Below, in pieces: positions 8,521 through 16,859 of a stretch of 64,000 nucleotides of DNA. Origin of the DNA: an uncultured virus (IMG/VR IMGVR_UViG_3300006055_000001). Lineage: Duplodnaviria > Heunggongvirae > Uroviricota > Caudoviricetes. The stretch is from IMG/VR virus record IMGVR_UViG_3300006055_000001; one strand, given 5' to 3'. How positions within the stretch are numbered: the stretch's first letter is position 1; every line of letters starts with the position of its first letter. The position numbers and the translations under genes are program-made. Under the pieces are notes generated by a model that was not told the DNA's origin, ran no database searches, and worked only from the letters and a program-made list of their open reading frames with translations.

Positions 8521-8959
8521 GGGTCAAATGGGCGATCCAGAACTGAGGGCGAGCGACGTACTGCCTCTGCTTCTCGCAGTCGAAGCAGCGATGAAGAAGG
8601 TCGAAATGACAGACGAAGAGAAATGTCGCCTGATCGCGGAGTTTGAGGGCTACACCCACACGTACTTCAAAGACGGGATAACTATTCGATACAGCGCGCG
8701 ATGTGTGGACTGCGGGTTTCCACATGAGCCGGGACATTGCGGTGAGTTGCCTGACTACCCGCACGACCTGAACGCGACGATGCGAGCGGCGCGGAAGCTG
8801 AATAGACTCGCGCTGATAGTGGACTCGACTGGGGACGCTTTCTTGCAGAACAGCAAAGGCGACGTGACGACCGGTCTGCAATCCTATCTCACAGACCCCG
8901 CTCGCGCCGCATTCGAGGCGCTGGCGGCGTACCTGGGAAGTAAGGAGCGAGAAAAATGA
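8498..8959 (+). CDS. hypothetical protein
   Basis: 153 aa ORF, LPDYPHDLNA motif common in phage small proteins. Confidence 0.6.
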   Translation: MSIASGSEGQMGDPELRASDVLPLLLAVEAAMKKVEMTDEEKCRLIAEFEGYTHTYFKDGITIRYSARCVDCGFPHEPGHCGELPDYPHDLNATMRAARKLNRLALIVDSTGDAFLQNSKGDVTTGLQSYLTDPARAAFEALAAYLGSKEREK

Positions 8960-9255
8960 TCAAGCGAGTGTACTGGCGTCAGCACAGATTATGCGCACAA
9001 GAGGTCAAATCGTTCCTTGAAGCGCGGCGATTCTCTGCTGTTGCGGATGACGAAGGAGACGAAAGCCCGGTCGGCGCTTTCGACGATGCCAAGAATACGG
9101 TGGATTGCTATCCAATCGGGATATTCCCGGCGATCGAAAGTAACCTTGTCGATATACGAACGGCATGCGGTCTTCCGATATCCCATCTGTTCTCTTGCGT
9201 GGCCAGCATACCTTTGGCTGACGCCGAAGATTACTACCCAAAGCAACCCCGTTAG
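8956..9255 (+). CDS. hypothetical protein
   Basis: AAGGAG RBS, ATGA overlap. Confidence 0.6.
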   Translation: MIKRVYWRQHRLCAQEVKSFLEARRFSAVADDEGDESPVGAFDDAKNTVDCYPIGIFPAIESNLVDIRTACGLPISHLFSCVASIPLADAEDYYPKQPR

Positions 9256-9277
9256 ACTCTCAAAATGAGGTAACGCC

Positions 9278-9628
9278 ATGAACGCCGCTGACAGACGCAA
9301 TCTGCTCGCCACGATAGATTGGGACCAAAGAGAAAAAGAGCTTCTGCAATTAGCGTTCATCGACGAATCGGAGCCTTACGAAGTCGATCGATGCGGAATT
9401 TTCTACGACGACAAGACCAAAGATTTCGTCGTAATGACCGCCACGGGTTGCTCCTGCTGGGATGGCGACTACGAAGAGGGGCATTTCGCTACCCTTGATG
9501 ACGTGGAGAAATCGCTGCTAGGCGATTCGACCCGAACTTACAACCCGACGCTCAACGGCGCTGAACAGTTGATTAAGGAAGCGCGCCGGGCGTGGACCAA
9601 GCAGCGCGAAGCCGCGTCACCCCGTTAG
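9278..9628 (+). CDS. hypothetical protein flanked by 19-bp direct repeats
   Basis: GAGGT RBS; GCSCWD motif. Confidence 0.7.
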   Translation: MNAADRRNLLATIDWDQREKELLQLAFIDESEPYEVDRCGIFYDDKTKDFVVMTATGCSCWDGDYEEGHFATLDDVEKSLLGDSTRTYNPTLNGAEQLIKEARRAWTKQREAASPR

Positions 9629-9654
9629 ACTCTCAAATCCCCTAGCCGCACAAT
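9626..9654 (+). promoter_or_regulatory. putative late promoter for the portal gene (leaderless)
   Basis: TAGACT-17nt-CACAAT with GTG start 7 nt downstream. Confidence 0.55.
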
Positions 9655-9661
9655 TCCCTAT

Positions 9662-11560
9662 GTGGCGGCAAGGCGGCGTTTACGGAAATCTCCTGCGACA
9701 GACGGGTCCGGTGGCGGCGGTACGATAACCGCGCTTGACCCGTCCGTCATGCTTGCCGTGCGTGGCGCAGTCCGCGACGAAATCAAATCCCTCAAATCTC
9801 CCGAAGGTAACTGGCTTGGCCCGGAGCAGCCGGTCAATGCCGTCTTCGACGACGCAGATCCCCGGCAATGGGATTATCCCGCCGGTTACAACATCAACTG
9901 GACGCCCCGGAAGTACGAGCCGTATTCGTTCCAGGAGCTTCAGTGGCTTGCCGATAACTTCGACCTGCTCCGCGAGGTGATCGAGCGCCGTAAGGGCGAG
10001 CTGATCAAACTCGACTGGGGGATAGGCGCGCGCGGAGAGGAAGAAGCGGACGAAGATGAAGTAGCCGAGGTCAAGGAATTTCTGCGATTCCCTGACCGAA
10101 ACTTGGCGCGGCCCTGGCCGCTGTGGCTGCGGACCGTGCTTGAGGATCGGCTAGTCTGCGACTGCGCGACGGTTTACCCGCATCCGACCAAGAGCGGCGG
10201 CGTGTACTCGTTTGATATTATTTCGGGCCACACCGTCAACCCCCTGATAGACGAACTCGGCCGAATCCCAGACCCGCCAGATCCTGCATACCAGCAGGTC
10301 ATTCGCGGTATCGTCTATGAGAACTTCACGAAGAATGAGCTGATCTACGCGCCCTTCAATGTGCGGCCGTACACGCCCATTTACGGATTCAGCCCGGTTC
10401 AACAGCTCGTACTGACCATCTCGATCGCGCTCAGGCTTCAGCAGCGCGACAACTACTATTACCAGTTCGGCACGATCCCTGACGCCCTGATCGGTGTCCC
10501 GGACAAGTGGACTGGGAAAGAGATAGCCCGCTTCCAAGCGTGGTTCGACGATACTTTCAGCGGCAATCTCCGCAAGCGCTCAGGCGGCGCAGTATTTGTG
10601 CCTGGCGCGATGAAGGAAGTCGCGATCAAGGATTACAAATTCACCAAGGATCAGTGGGAATGGCTGGCGCGCGTGATCTGCGCGGCCTATCACGTATCGC
10701 CGCAGCCGTACACCGGCCAAGTTAATAGAGCGACCGCCGAAACTGCGCAGGTCGAGCAGACCGAAGAGGGCCTCGAGCCGGATAAGATTTGGATCAAGGC
10801 GCTATTCGATACGATGCTCATCTACATGGGCAAGTCGCATCTGGAACTGGTCTGGACCGAGAACACGGATATTGACCCGCAGGAGCAGGCGACCTCAGAT
10901 AAGTTGCAAGTGGAGAGCGGCGTGCGCACGGTCAATGAGATCAGGGTTCGCGATGGGTTGGAGCCGCAGGAAGGCGGCGACGACGCATTCGTCCTCGCGG
11001 GCAACCAGATCCTTCGTCTCAAGGACATCGAGGCGAACGCCGACATGGCGGCGCAGACGGCGGCAGCTACTCTTGAGGTCACCAAGAATCCACCGGCACC
11101 AGCGGCGCCGGCCGTCGGCACTCGGGCTAACGGTGCCGGGGCCTCAAAGCAGGGAGCACCAAAACGCAAACCCGCGGCGGCCGGCTCCGGTGGCGCTGGC
11201 AAGACGAAGAAGGCTTACAGCGAAGACCAGCCGCGCGATGAGCGCGGACGCTGGGAGGGCGGCGCGGCGTCTGAGGAAACAGCGGCGAAGGAACACACAT
11301 TATCTGCAGGGAATGCGCGGGCAATGGGCGACCTAAACACAGCAGGGCGTCACGAAATGGCTGCCTTTCGTCATCAAACCGCTGCAAACAACTATCGTAA
11401 CGCATTGTCGGGCCGCGAACACGAAGGCCCGATGGGAGACCGGAACGCGCGAGATGCGAAAAACTACGACGAGCAATATGGACTAGGGATGCACGCAAAG
11501 GTCGCCGGGTCGCGTGTTTATCGAATGGGCAAATATGTCGTACCAACGGACATCCTGTAA
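9662..11560 (+). CDS. portal protein with long C-terminal extension
   Basis: PIYGFSPVQQ, GTIPDALI, ICAAYHVSP, GVRTVNEIR portal motifs; follows TerL. Confidence 0.92.
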   Translation: MAARRRLRKSPATDGSGGGGTITALDPSVMLAVRGAVRDEIKSLKSPEGNWLGPEQPVNAVFDDADPRQWDYPAGYNINWTPRKYEPYSFQELQWLADNFDLLREVIERRKGELIKLDWGIGARGEEEADEDEVAEVKEFLRFPDRNLARPWPLWLRTVLEDRLVCDCATVYPHPTKSGGVYSFDIISGHTVNPLIDELGRIPDPPDPAYQQVIRGIVYENFTKNELIYAPFNVRPYTPIYGFSPVQQLVLTISIALRLQQRDNYYYQFGTIPDALIGVPDKWTGKEIARFQAWFDDTFSGNLRKRSGGAVFVPGAMKEVAIKDYKFTKDQWEWLARVICAAYHVSPQPYTGQVNRATAETAQVEQTEEGLEPDKIWIKALFDTMLIYMGKSHLELVWTENTDIDPQEQATSDKLQVESGVRTVNEIRVRDGLEPQEGGDDAFVLAGNQILRLKDIEANADMAAQTAAATLEVTKNPPAPAAPAVGTRANGAGASKQGAPKRKPAAAGSGGAGKTKKAYSEDQPRDERGRWEGGAASEETAAKEHTLSAGNARAMGDLNTAGRHEMAAFRHQTAANNYRNALSGREHEGPMGDRNARDAKNYDEQYGLGMHAKVAGSRVYRMGKYVVPTDIL

Positions 11561-11776
11561 AACTCCGCACGCTTGCGCGGGTCGATCGTATCGGAAGGCC
11601 GCACGTAAATCTCCCGCAAGGGAGAATACCACTAGGGGCCCGGTCGACCCGATTTCACCGACAAAGAAGGCGGCTGGCAACGGCGTTCTTTGCAAGCACG
11701 GCGAAGATAACTGCCGGATTTGTAGTCCTGCGCGGGTTTACCGGATGGGCAAGTACGTCGTGCCGCAGGATATTTT

Positions 11777-11944
11777 ATGAAATTGACGGTGACGCTACCC
11801 AAAGACGCGATTGGCTTCAAAGTTTATGCGGGGATCGATTATGGACCGCCCGTCGATATTCTTGGCATCCCCTTGCCAGCGGACTACAAAGTTGAGGAAC
11901 CGCCTCCGCCAGTACTTGTCGCGACTGTCTATCTCGATGAGTGA
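11777..11944 (+). CDS. hypothetical protein (55 aa)
   Basis: ATGA overlap; MKLTVTLPKDAIGFKVYAG... Confidence 0.5.
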   Translation: MKLTVTLPKDAIGFKVYAGIDYGPPVDILGIPLPADYKVEEPPPPVLVATVYLDE

Positions 11945-11947
11945 CCG

Positions 11948-12106
11948 ATGGCGAAGCACAAGTCCCCGCACTGGTCGAAGAACCCCGTCGCTGTAAAGGC
12001 GGTAGAGAAGCTGACGGCCGCGATGAAGAAACTATTCAAGGAACAGCGCACAAAGATCGCTGCGCAGATCGCTGAGGCCTATGGCAGACGAAATCCCTCT
12101 GACTAA
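11948..12106 (+). CDS. small protein, possibly a detached N-terminus of the MuF-like protein
   Basis: AVEKLTAAMKKLFKEQRTKIAAQIAEAY amphipathic helix. Confidence 0.45.
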   Translation: MAKHKSPHWSKNPVAVKAVEKLTAAMKKLFKEQRTKIAAQIAEAYGRRNPSD

Positions 12107-12410
12107 TACGCCCGAGCAGGCGCAAGTCTTGGCCGAGACTGAGGCGCGGATCGCACTCCTGCCTGACGGCGGCTGGATGGTTCAGGTCCAGATGTGCGCC
12201 AAGAAGGGCAACAGGAAGATGCCGATCGCGGAGGCCGGCTTCCACTTCGTCAACCTCGAATTGGGCGAGCAATTCATTCAGCAGGCGCGCAAGTCTGCGC
12301 TCCAGGCGATCAAGGAGCAGCGCGTCCGCAACGAACGCATGCCGAAGGCCCGGCGGATTATATTGCCGAGAGGAACGCCGAAGGGCGAGTCAAGGATCGT
12401 AACGCCGTGA
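12081..12410 (+). CDS. hypothetical protein
   Basis: 109 aa ORF. Confidence 0.6.
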   Translation: MADEIPLTNTPEQAQVLAETEARIALLPDGGWMVQVQMCAKKGNRKMPIAEAGFHFVNLELGEQFIQQARKSALQAIKEQRVRNERMPKARRIILPRGTPKGESRIVTP

Positions 12411-12577
12411 TTGTCACATACGACCAAGCCAAGGTGCTACTTGAGGCGCACAAGAAACTCGTTGAGAGATTGATGACCCTGACGGATGCGCTTGCTGATG
12501 TCAGCTCAGCCTCAACGGAACTGACCGCAGCCGTGTTGGACGCCTGCCACAAGCAGGAGGACCACGAGGTCATATGA
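12407..12577 (+). CDS. hypothetical protein
   Basis: GTGA overlap; short coiled coil. Confidence 0.5.
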   Translation: MIVTYDQAKVLLEAHKKLVERLMTLTDALADVSSASTELTAAVLDACHKQEDHEVI

Positions 12578-12774
12578 CGGAGGCCGATTATCATGCGGTC
12601 GGGGTTATCGCTGAGCATATGCCGGAAGCCGATTATCGCGCGGATAATGTCATTCAGCTGCCCGCTCGCACAACGTGGGCGCTGCGCTATGGTCTGGTCG
12701 CGATAGTCACGGAGAAACGGGAACCTGAGGAGGAAGAGGAGATTGCGCCGGACGAGGTTCCGATATGTGCGTAA
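12574..12774 (+). CDS. hypothetical protein
   Basis: GAGGT RBS, ATGA overlap. Confidence 0.55.
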   Translation: MTEADYHAVGVIAEHMPEADYRADNVIQLPARTTWALRYGLVAIVTEKREPEEEEEIAPDEVPICA

Positions 12775-12828
12775 TTCTGTTGGCCTTGGCACCGATGATC
12801 GTTGGTGGATTGATCTTGGCGGGCTATC

Positions 12829-13512
12829 TTGATCGACTTTAGCAAAAAAGAGCAGACCCCTGAGGAGACCAACGCTCTCATCGACGCGATCTTGATCGAG
12901 ATCAATCTATCTGGTTTTGCTGTAGTCGCGCCGGCGGCTGCAAAGCTGATTGCCGAGGTTGCGGGCTCTAGCGGTAGGGCTGCTCTGCTCCAAGTCGGCA
13001 TCGCCGAGGATACGGACATCGATCTCTTCAACGTTGTAAACGACTTCGCTGTGGACTTCGCTGACGCTCGAGGTGCCGAGCTCGTCGGCATGAAATACAA
13101 CCAATGGGATGAGCTAGTCCCAAATCCGGACGCCGAATGGGCGATCACGGACGGCACGCGCGAATTGCTGCGCGGCCAAGTGCGCCAAGCGATTGAGGAA
13201 GGCTGGTCGACGAAGCAACTATCCAATGCTGTTCAGGAATCCTACGGTTTCAGCGATGCGCGGGCCGAGATGATCGGTCGTACCGAGATCGCGCGGGCGC
13301 AGGCGGCCGGGACGATGGAGGGATGGAAGGCGTCTGGGGTCTGTACGGGCAAGTTCTGGGTCTTAGGGAGCGAGCATGACATTGAGGACGACTGTGATTC
13401 GAATGTTGATGACGGCACGATCCCGCTAGACGAAGAGTTCAGCAGCGGCGACGAGTATGAGCCGGTTCACCCTAACTGCACTTGCTCGACGGGCGTGGAG
13501 ACGGAGGACTGA
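12829..13512 (+). CDS. MuF/SPP1 gp7-like head morphogenesis protein
   Basis: RAEMIGRTEIARA and HPNCTC motifs; start codon uncertain (TTG, no clear RBS). Confidence 0.85.
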   Translation: MIDFSKKEQTPEETNALIDAILIEINLSGFAVVAPAAAKLIAEVAGSSGRAALLQVGIAEDTDIDLFNVVNDFAVDFADARGAELVGMKYNQWDELVPNPDAEWAITDGTRELLRGQVRQAIEEGWSTKQLSNAVQESYGFSDARAEMIGRTEIARAQAAGTMEGWKASGVCTGKFWVLGSEHDIEDDCDSNVDDGTIPLDEEFSSGDEYEPVHPNCTCSTGVETED

Positions 13513-13859
13513 TTGAAGGCAACAGGATTGAGGCTGTGACGTCTGATCCGCTTGACCAGTCAACGTGGGGCCGGATGTGGGCGAGCGATCGCCTGCGTTA
13601 CGGTCTGTGGCTGGCTAGAAAGAGCGCGTTGTTCCCTTTGGGTTCATTGCAGGAACGTTTGGGCGCGATTCAGGCGTTGCTTGAAAGGCGCGAGCAACCG
13701 CGCCAACGGTTCAGACCGCGACAGGAACATCGTCATCTTAATGCCGAGGAGACCTGAATCCGTGACTCTAGCCATAATAATCCCATTATTATTGCTGTGC
13801 GCACTTTGGCTGCTCGCCGACTTCGCGGTTAAAAACCCGCCGCCCAAGAATTGGAAGTT

Positions 13860-14063
13860 ATGACCCTAGCGAGCGATCAGGCAGACATCTCCCTCCAGAA
13901 ACCCGTCACGGCGACGCAAATAACCGCGCTCGGCGCTGAGTGGGATCATGAGCGGCAGGCGTATGTATTCCCTGATGGCTCAGCTGGCTGCTTCAGCAAG
14001 GAACAGCCGGTCATGAAAGCTGGACCGGCGTTCTCGCATTACCGCTTTGTGATAGTGGAATGA
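13860..14063 (+). CDS. hypothetical protein
   Basis: ATGA overlap. Confidence 0.5.
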   Translation: MTLASDQADISLQKPVTATQITALGAEWDHERQAYVFPDGSAGCFSKEQPVMKAGPAFSHYRFVIVE

Positions 14064-14097
14064 TTGACGTATCCGAAGATGTTGGTGAGGTGCACCG

Positions 14098-14280
14098 ATG
14101 AACAAACTCTCGAATATCGATGCTCGGAACAAGAATGGGATCACGTCATTTAACCCTTATGGCAGATCTTCGCCGAAGGCCCGGCGCATAAATCTAAACG
14201 GTTTTGACATCGTCGTTCAAGTTATTGTTCTAGCGATAATCTGGGGGATCAGTTTAGCCATTATCGGTTTATTGAAATAG
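14098..14280 (+). CDS. small membrane protein
   Basis: GAGGTG RBS; C-terminal TM helix. Confidence 0.55.
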   Translation: MNKLSNIDARNKNGITSFNPYGRSSPKARRINLNGFDIVVQVIVLAIIWGISLAIIGLLK

Positions 14281-14338
14281 TCTGACCCGCATCCGATCTT
14301 CGCCAATCAAGGCGACAAAACTGCAGAGGTGAAAAAGT

Positions 14339-14500
14339 ATGGCCGACGAGAAAAAAGGCGACTCGGGCAATCAGGGCAACCAGGGTAATCAGGGCGACCA
14401 AGGCAAGCAGGGAGACTCGGGCAAACAAGGAGACCAGGGCAAGCAGGGGAATCAGGGCAACCAGGGTGCCCCGGGCAAGCAGGGTCCGGCCGGCCGCTGA
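14339..14500 (+). CDS. 53-aa collagen-like microprotein
   Basis: GAGGTG RBS; MADEKK + 15 G-X-Y triplets + GR; below the ORF-track cutoff. Confidence 0.75.
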   Translation: MADEKKGDSGNQGNQGNQGDQGKQGDSGKQGDQGKQGNQGNQGAPGKQGPAGR

Positions 14501-14572
14501 CCAAGCCTGATCGTTTCAACAAGGTGCACCCAGAGATGGGTGCGCCTGATTGGGAAATCAGGATGTGCCGGA

Positions 14573-14743
14573 ATGATTGACGCCTCCGAAGTGAAAGCCG
14601 AACTCGCGAAGATTCGCGCGTTGTCGCGTCAGGCGAAGGCCGCGTTCGCGCAGCTACAGCAAGTTGTGATCGACGACATCAGCAAGACGGGGGATTCCCG
14701 GACGCGGAACCTGATGAGGATGCTTTCGGAGTTCAAGTTGTGA
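14573..14743 (+). CDS. hypothetical protein
   Basis: Short helical ORF coupled to the next gene. Confidence 0.5.
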   Translation: MIDASEVKAELAKIRALSRQAKAAFAQLQQVVIDDISKTGDSRTRNLMRMLSEFKL

Positions 14744-14928
14744 GCGAACCTAACACCATCCCCCTTCCCCCTTCGGTGCTCGCCAAGCTGCGCGCGCTGA
14801 GTCCGCGCTTCTTCGGCCGCGTGACGTTGATCTACGAGAACGGCTCGGTAGTCAGGGTGGAGACCGTCGAGAGTACGTTAGTGGGAGTCTCCGCGCTTGG
14901 TGGTTCGTCGTTCAGGAAGGACGGATGA
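14740..14928 (+). CDS. small protein, YezD/DUF2292-like
   Basis: FFGRVTLIYENGSVVRVE. Confidence 0.5.
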   Translation: MSEPNTIPLPPSVLAKLRALSPRFFGRVTLIYENGSVVRVETVESTLVGVSALGGSSFRKDG

Positions 14929-15434
14929 ATCTACGTCCAATGATACCGCGTCCGGGAATGACGATTAATGAAGGCGGCGGTTGGGTACCGTGGGTCATCC
15001 TCGCGCTGATGGTTTCCGTCCTTGCCCTGACGTTTACGTTCTCATGGGCGCAGGCGATGCCAGATCGCAAACTTACACCGGGCGCAACCAGCAATCTCAC
15101 GGCGAAGCAACTCTGCGATCCGAAGTTTCATACCAGCACGGTCAGGAAGGTGCCGCCGGGCGAAAAGAAATCTGTTTGCCGAGCATACGGCATTATGAGT
15201 GGCTGTCCCGGTCCGAAGTGGGAACTCGACCATGATTGCTCCATCGAAATCGGCGGGAGTAATGACGCGACGAATTTATGGCCGCAACCGATCGCGGAGG
15301 CTCGTCGTAAAGACGTGCTGGAGAACAGCCTTCATAAGGAAGTGTGCACTGGGAAAATAACCCTTCTCGAGGCGCAGCAATGCATCGTGCGGAATTGGGT
15401 TCAATGTTATCAAAAACACATCGGCGCGCTGTAG
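14925..15434 (+). CDS. membrane-anchored or exported HNH-like protein
   Basis: N-terminal TM; LTPGA...ELDHDCSIEIGGSNDATNLWPQP...RKDVLEN. Confidence 0.7.
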   Translation: MNLRPMIPRPGMTINEGGGWVPWVILALMVSVLALTFTFSWAQAMPDRKLTPGATSNLTAKQLCDPKFHTSTVRKVPPGEKKSVCRAYGIMSGCPGPKWELDHDCSIEIGGSNDATNLWPQPIAEARRKDVLENSLHKEVCTGKITLLEAQQCIVRNWVQCYQKHIGAL

Positions 15435-15443
15435 GAATGGGGC

Positions 15444-15635
15444 ATGCCTAAGAAAACAAGCCCGGTAAAGAACAGGGGCATCGCAGCGGATAAGCACGCG
15501 CGCAGGCGGGCTGAGGCTGAGGAACGCAACGCAAGGACGCTGCCTGAGAACCGCAGACAGGCGCGGCTCGAAGCAATGAAACTCGCGGGCAAGGAAATCG
15601 ACTGGGGCAAGCCGGTCGGCAAGGAAGTCTGGTAA
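15444..15635 (+). CDS. hypothetical protein
   Basis: 63 aa basic ORF; ends EIDWGKPVGKEVW. Confidence 0.55.
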   Translation: MPKKTSPVKNRGIAADKHARRRAEAEERNARTLPENRRQARLEAMKLAGKEIDWGKPVGKEVW

Positions 15636-15866
15636 ATGCCCGGCTGGGCCGAGACTGGGGTGCTCAAAGTGATTGCTTTAGAGGATTCGTACTCGGAGAA
15701 AACTAGGCGCACTCGGATCCGGTGCAGGACGTTCTTGCTTGCCTTGTTGATAGCGGCATGCGCATTGGTCGCCGGCACTTACATCAACGCGCGATATACC
15801 AGCTTCACGGTATCGCTGGACAGGGCCAATTCAGAGACACCAAATCAGGAACGGGGCGGTATCTGA
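15636..15866 (+). CDS. small membrane protein
   Basis: TM segment FLLALLIAACALVAG. Confidence 0.45.
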   Translation: MPGWAETGVLKVIALEDSYSEKTRRTRIRCRTFLLALLIAACALVAGTYINARYTSFTVSLDRANSETPNQERGGI

Positions 15867-16094
15867 ATGCTGTCCATTGATACCCCTGGGCTGGTTTTGC
15901 TGGCAACTTTCGGGGCCTTTTGCGCCGTGGCTTTGCTGGCAACTTTTTGCGCTGTTTGGGCATTGGCCCTGCGTTCGAGCTGGAAGCGAATGAAGGACAG
16001 GAAACATCGTCATCTTAATGCCGCTCATGATGCCTCCGACAAAAGCAGGCGTTGTATTCAAGATCTACAATACTACCTGGGGCTGAAGCCGTGA
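15867..16094 (+). CDS. small membrane protein
   Basis: Hydrophobic N-terminus with an internal LLATF duplication. Confidence 0.5.
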   Translation: MLSIDTPGLVLLATFGAFCAVALLATFCAVWALALRSSWKRMKDRKHRHLNAAHDASDKSRRCIQDLQYYLGLKP

Positions 16095-16585
16095 CCCTAG
16101 CCATTGCGAGCTGGAAACACCAAAGCCAGTTACCCCCCGCTGAGAACAAATTTCATCTTGGCAATGGTGACGACGGCAAGCATTATTGGTTGACTCCGCC
16201 AGCCCTCTATACCGCCCTAGATGCCGAGTTCCATTTCACTTTTGATCCGTGCCCATACCCGCTACCGGATGGTTTTGATGGGTTGACTTGTGATTGGGGA
16301 GCCTCGAATTACGTCAACCCGCCGTTCGGGTCAATTATCCACCTGGGTAAGAAAAAAGGTCCGACTGCGTGGGTGCGTAAAGCCATCGCGGAATCTCAAA
16401 AAGGGAAGTTGGTGGTGCTGGTTTATCCAGTCGATAAGTGGGTGCTGATGATTCTCTCCGCTATCGTGACAAAGGTGCGGAACCTTGGCGACGTTCGTTG
16501 GCTCTCCATAGAAGACGGCCAAGCTGGGAAGGGTACGGGGCGGCACATCGCAGCTTTTATTTTGGAGCCAAGGCATGGAGGCTAG
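16091..16585 (+). CDS. phage DNA N6-adenine methyltransferase (Dam-like)
   Basis: WLTPP, FTFDPCP, NYVNPPF motifs. Confidence 0.8.
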   Translation: MTLAIASWKHQSQLPPAENKFHLGNGDDGKHYWLTPPALYTALDAEFHFTFDPCPYPLPDGFDGLTCDWGASNYVNPPFGSIIHLGKKKGPTAWVRKAIAESQKGKLVVLVYPVDKWVLMILSAIVTKVRNLGDVRWLSIEDGQAGKGTGRHIAAFILEPRHGG

Positions 16586-16859
16586 ACGCGCGCCGAGGGT
16601 CAATTTCGCGGAGTTTGCGCGTGAACATCGACCGCATCATGCGACTGTCTGCCGCGTATGCGCGCATCGGTGGCGTCGGGAGATAGACGAGGCGATCACG
16701 GGCGGCAACGGGATCGTTAGTATATTCCAGTGGCTGAGGCAGGAGGGAGATGAAGAAACCACAAAACCGCAGCTCGACTACCACAAGCGCGCCCAACACC
16801 ACCTTCAAGCAGTACCGGAAGGAAAACGAGCAGGTAGAGGAACTCCGCCGCACCGCTGA
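16575..16859 (+). CDS. hypothetical protein with CxxC and His (possible Zn-binding)
   Basis: CRVC...YHKRAQHH. Confidence 0.55.
   Translation: MEARRAPRVNFAEFAREHRPHHATVCRVCAHRWRREIDEAITGGNGIVSIFQWLRQEGDEETTKPQLDYHKRAQHHLQAVPEGKRAGRGTPPHR

Noticed and set aside
11513..11780. Diversity-generating retroelement TR/VR pair
   Set aside because: Differences are mostly synonymous third-position changes, not adenine-specific, and no reverse transcriptase is in the window.
14307..14522. Minus-strand Cys/Pro repeat ORF, or a second non-coding array
   Set aside because: The 9-nt periodicity is explained by the + strand G-X-Y microprotein, which has an RBS.
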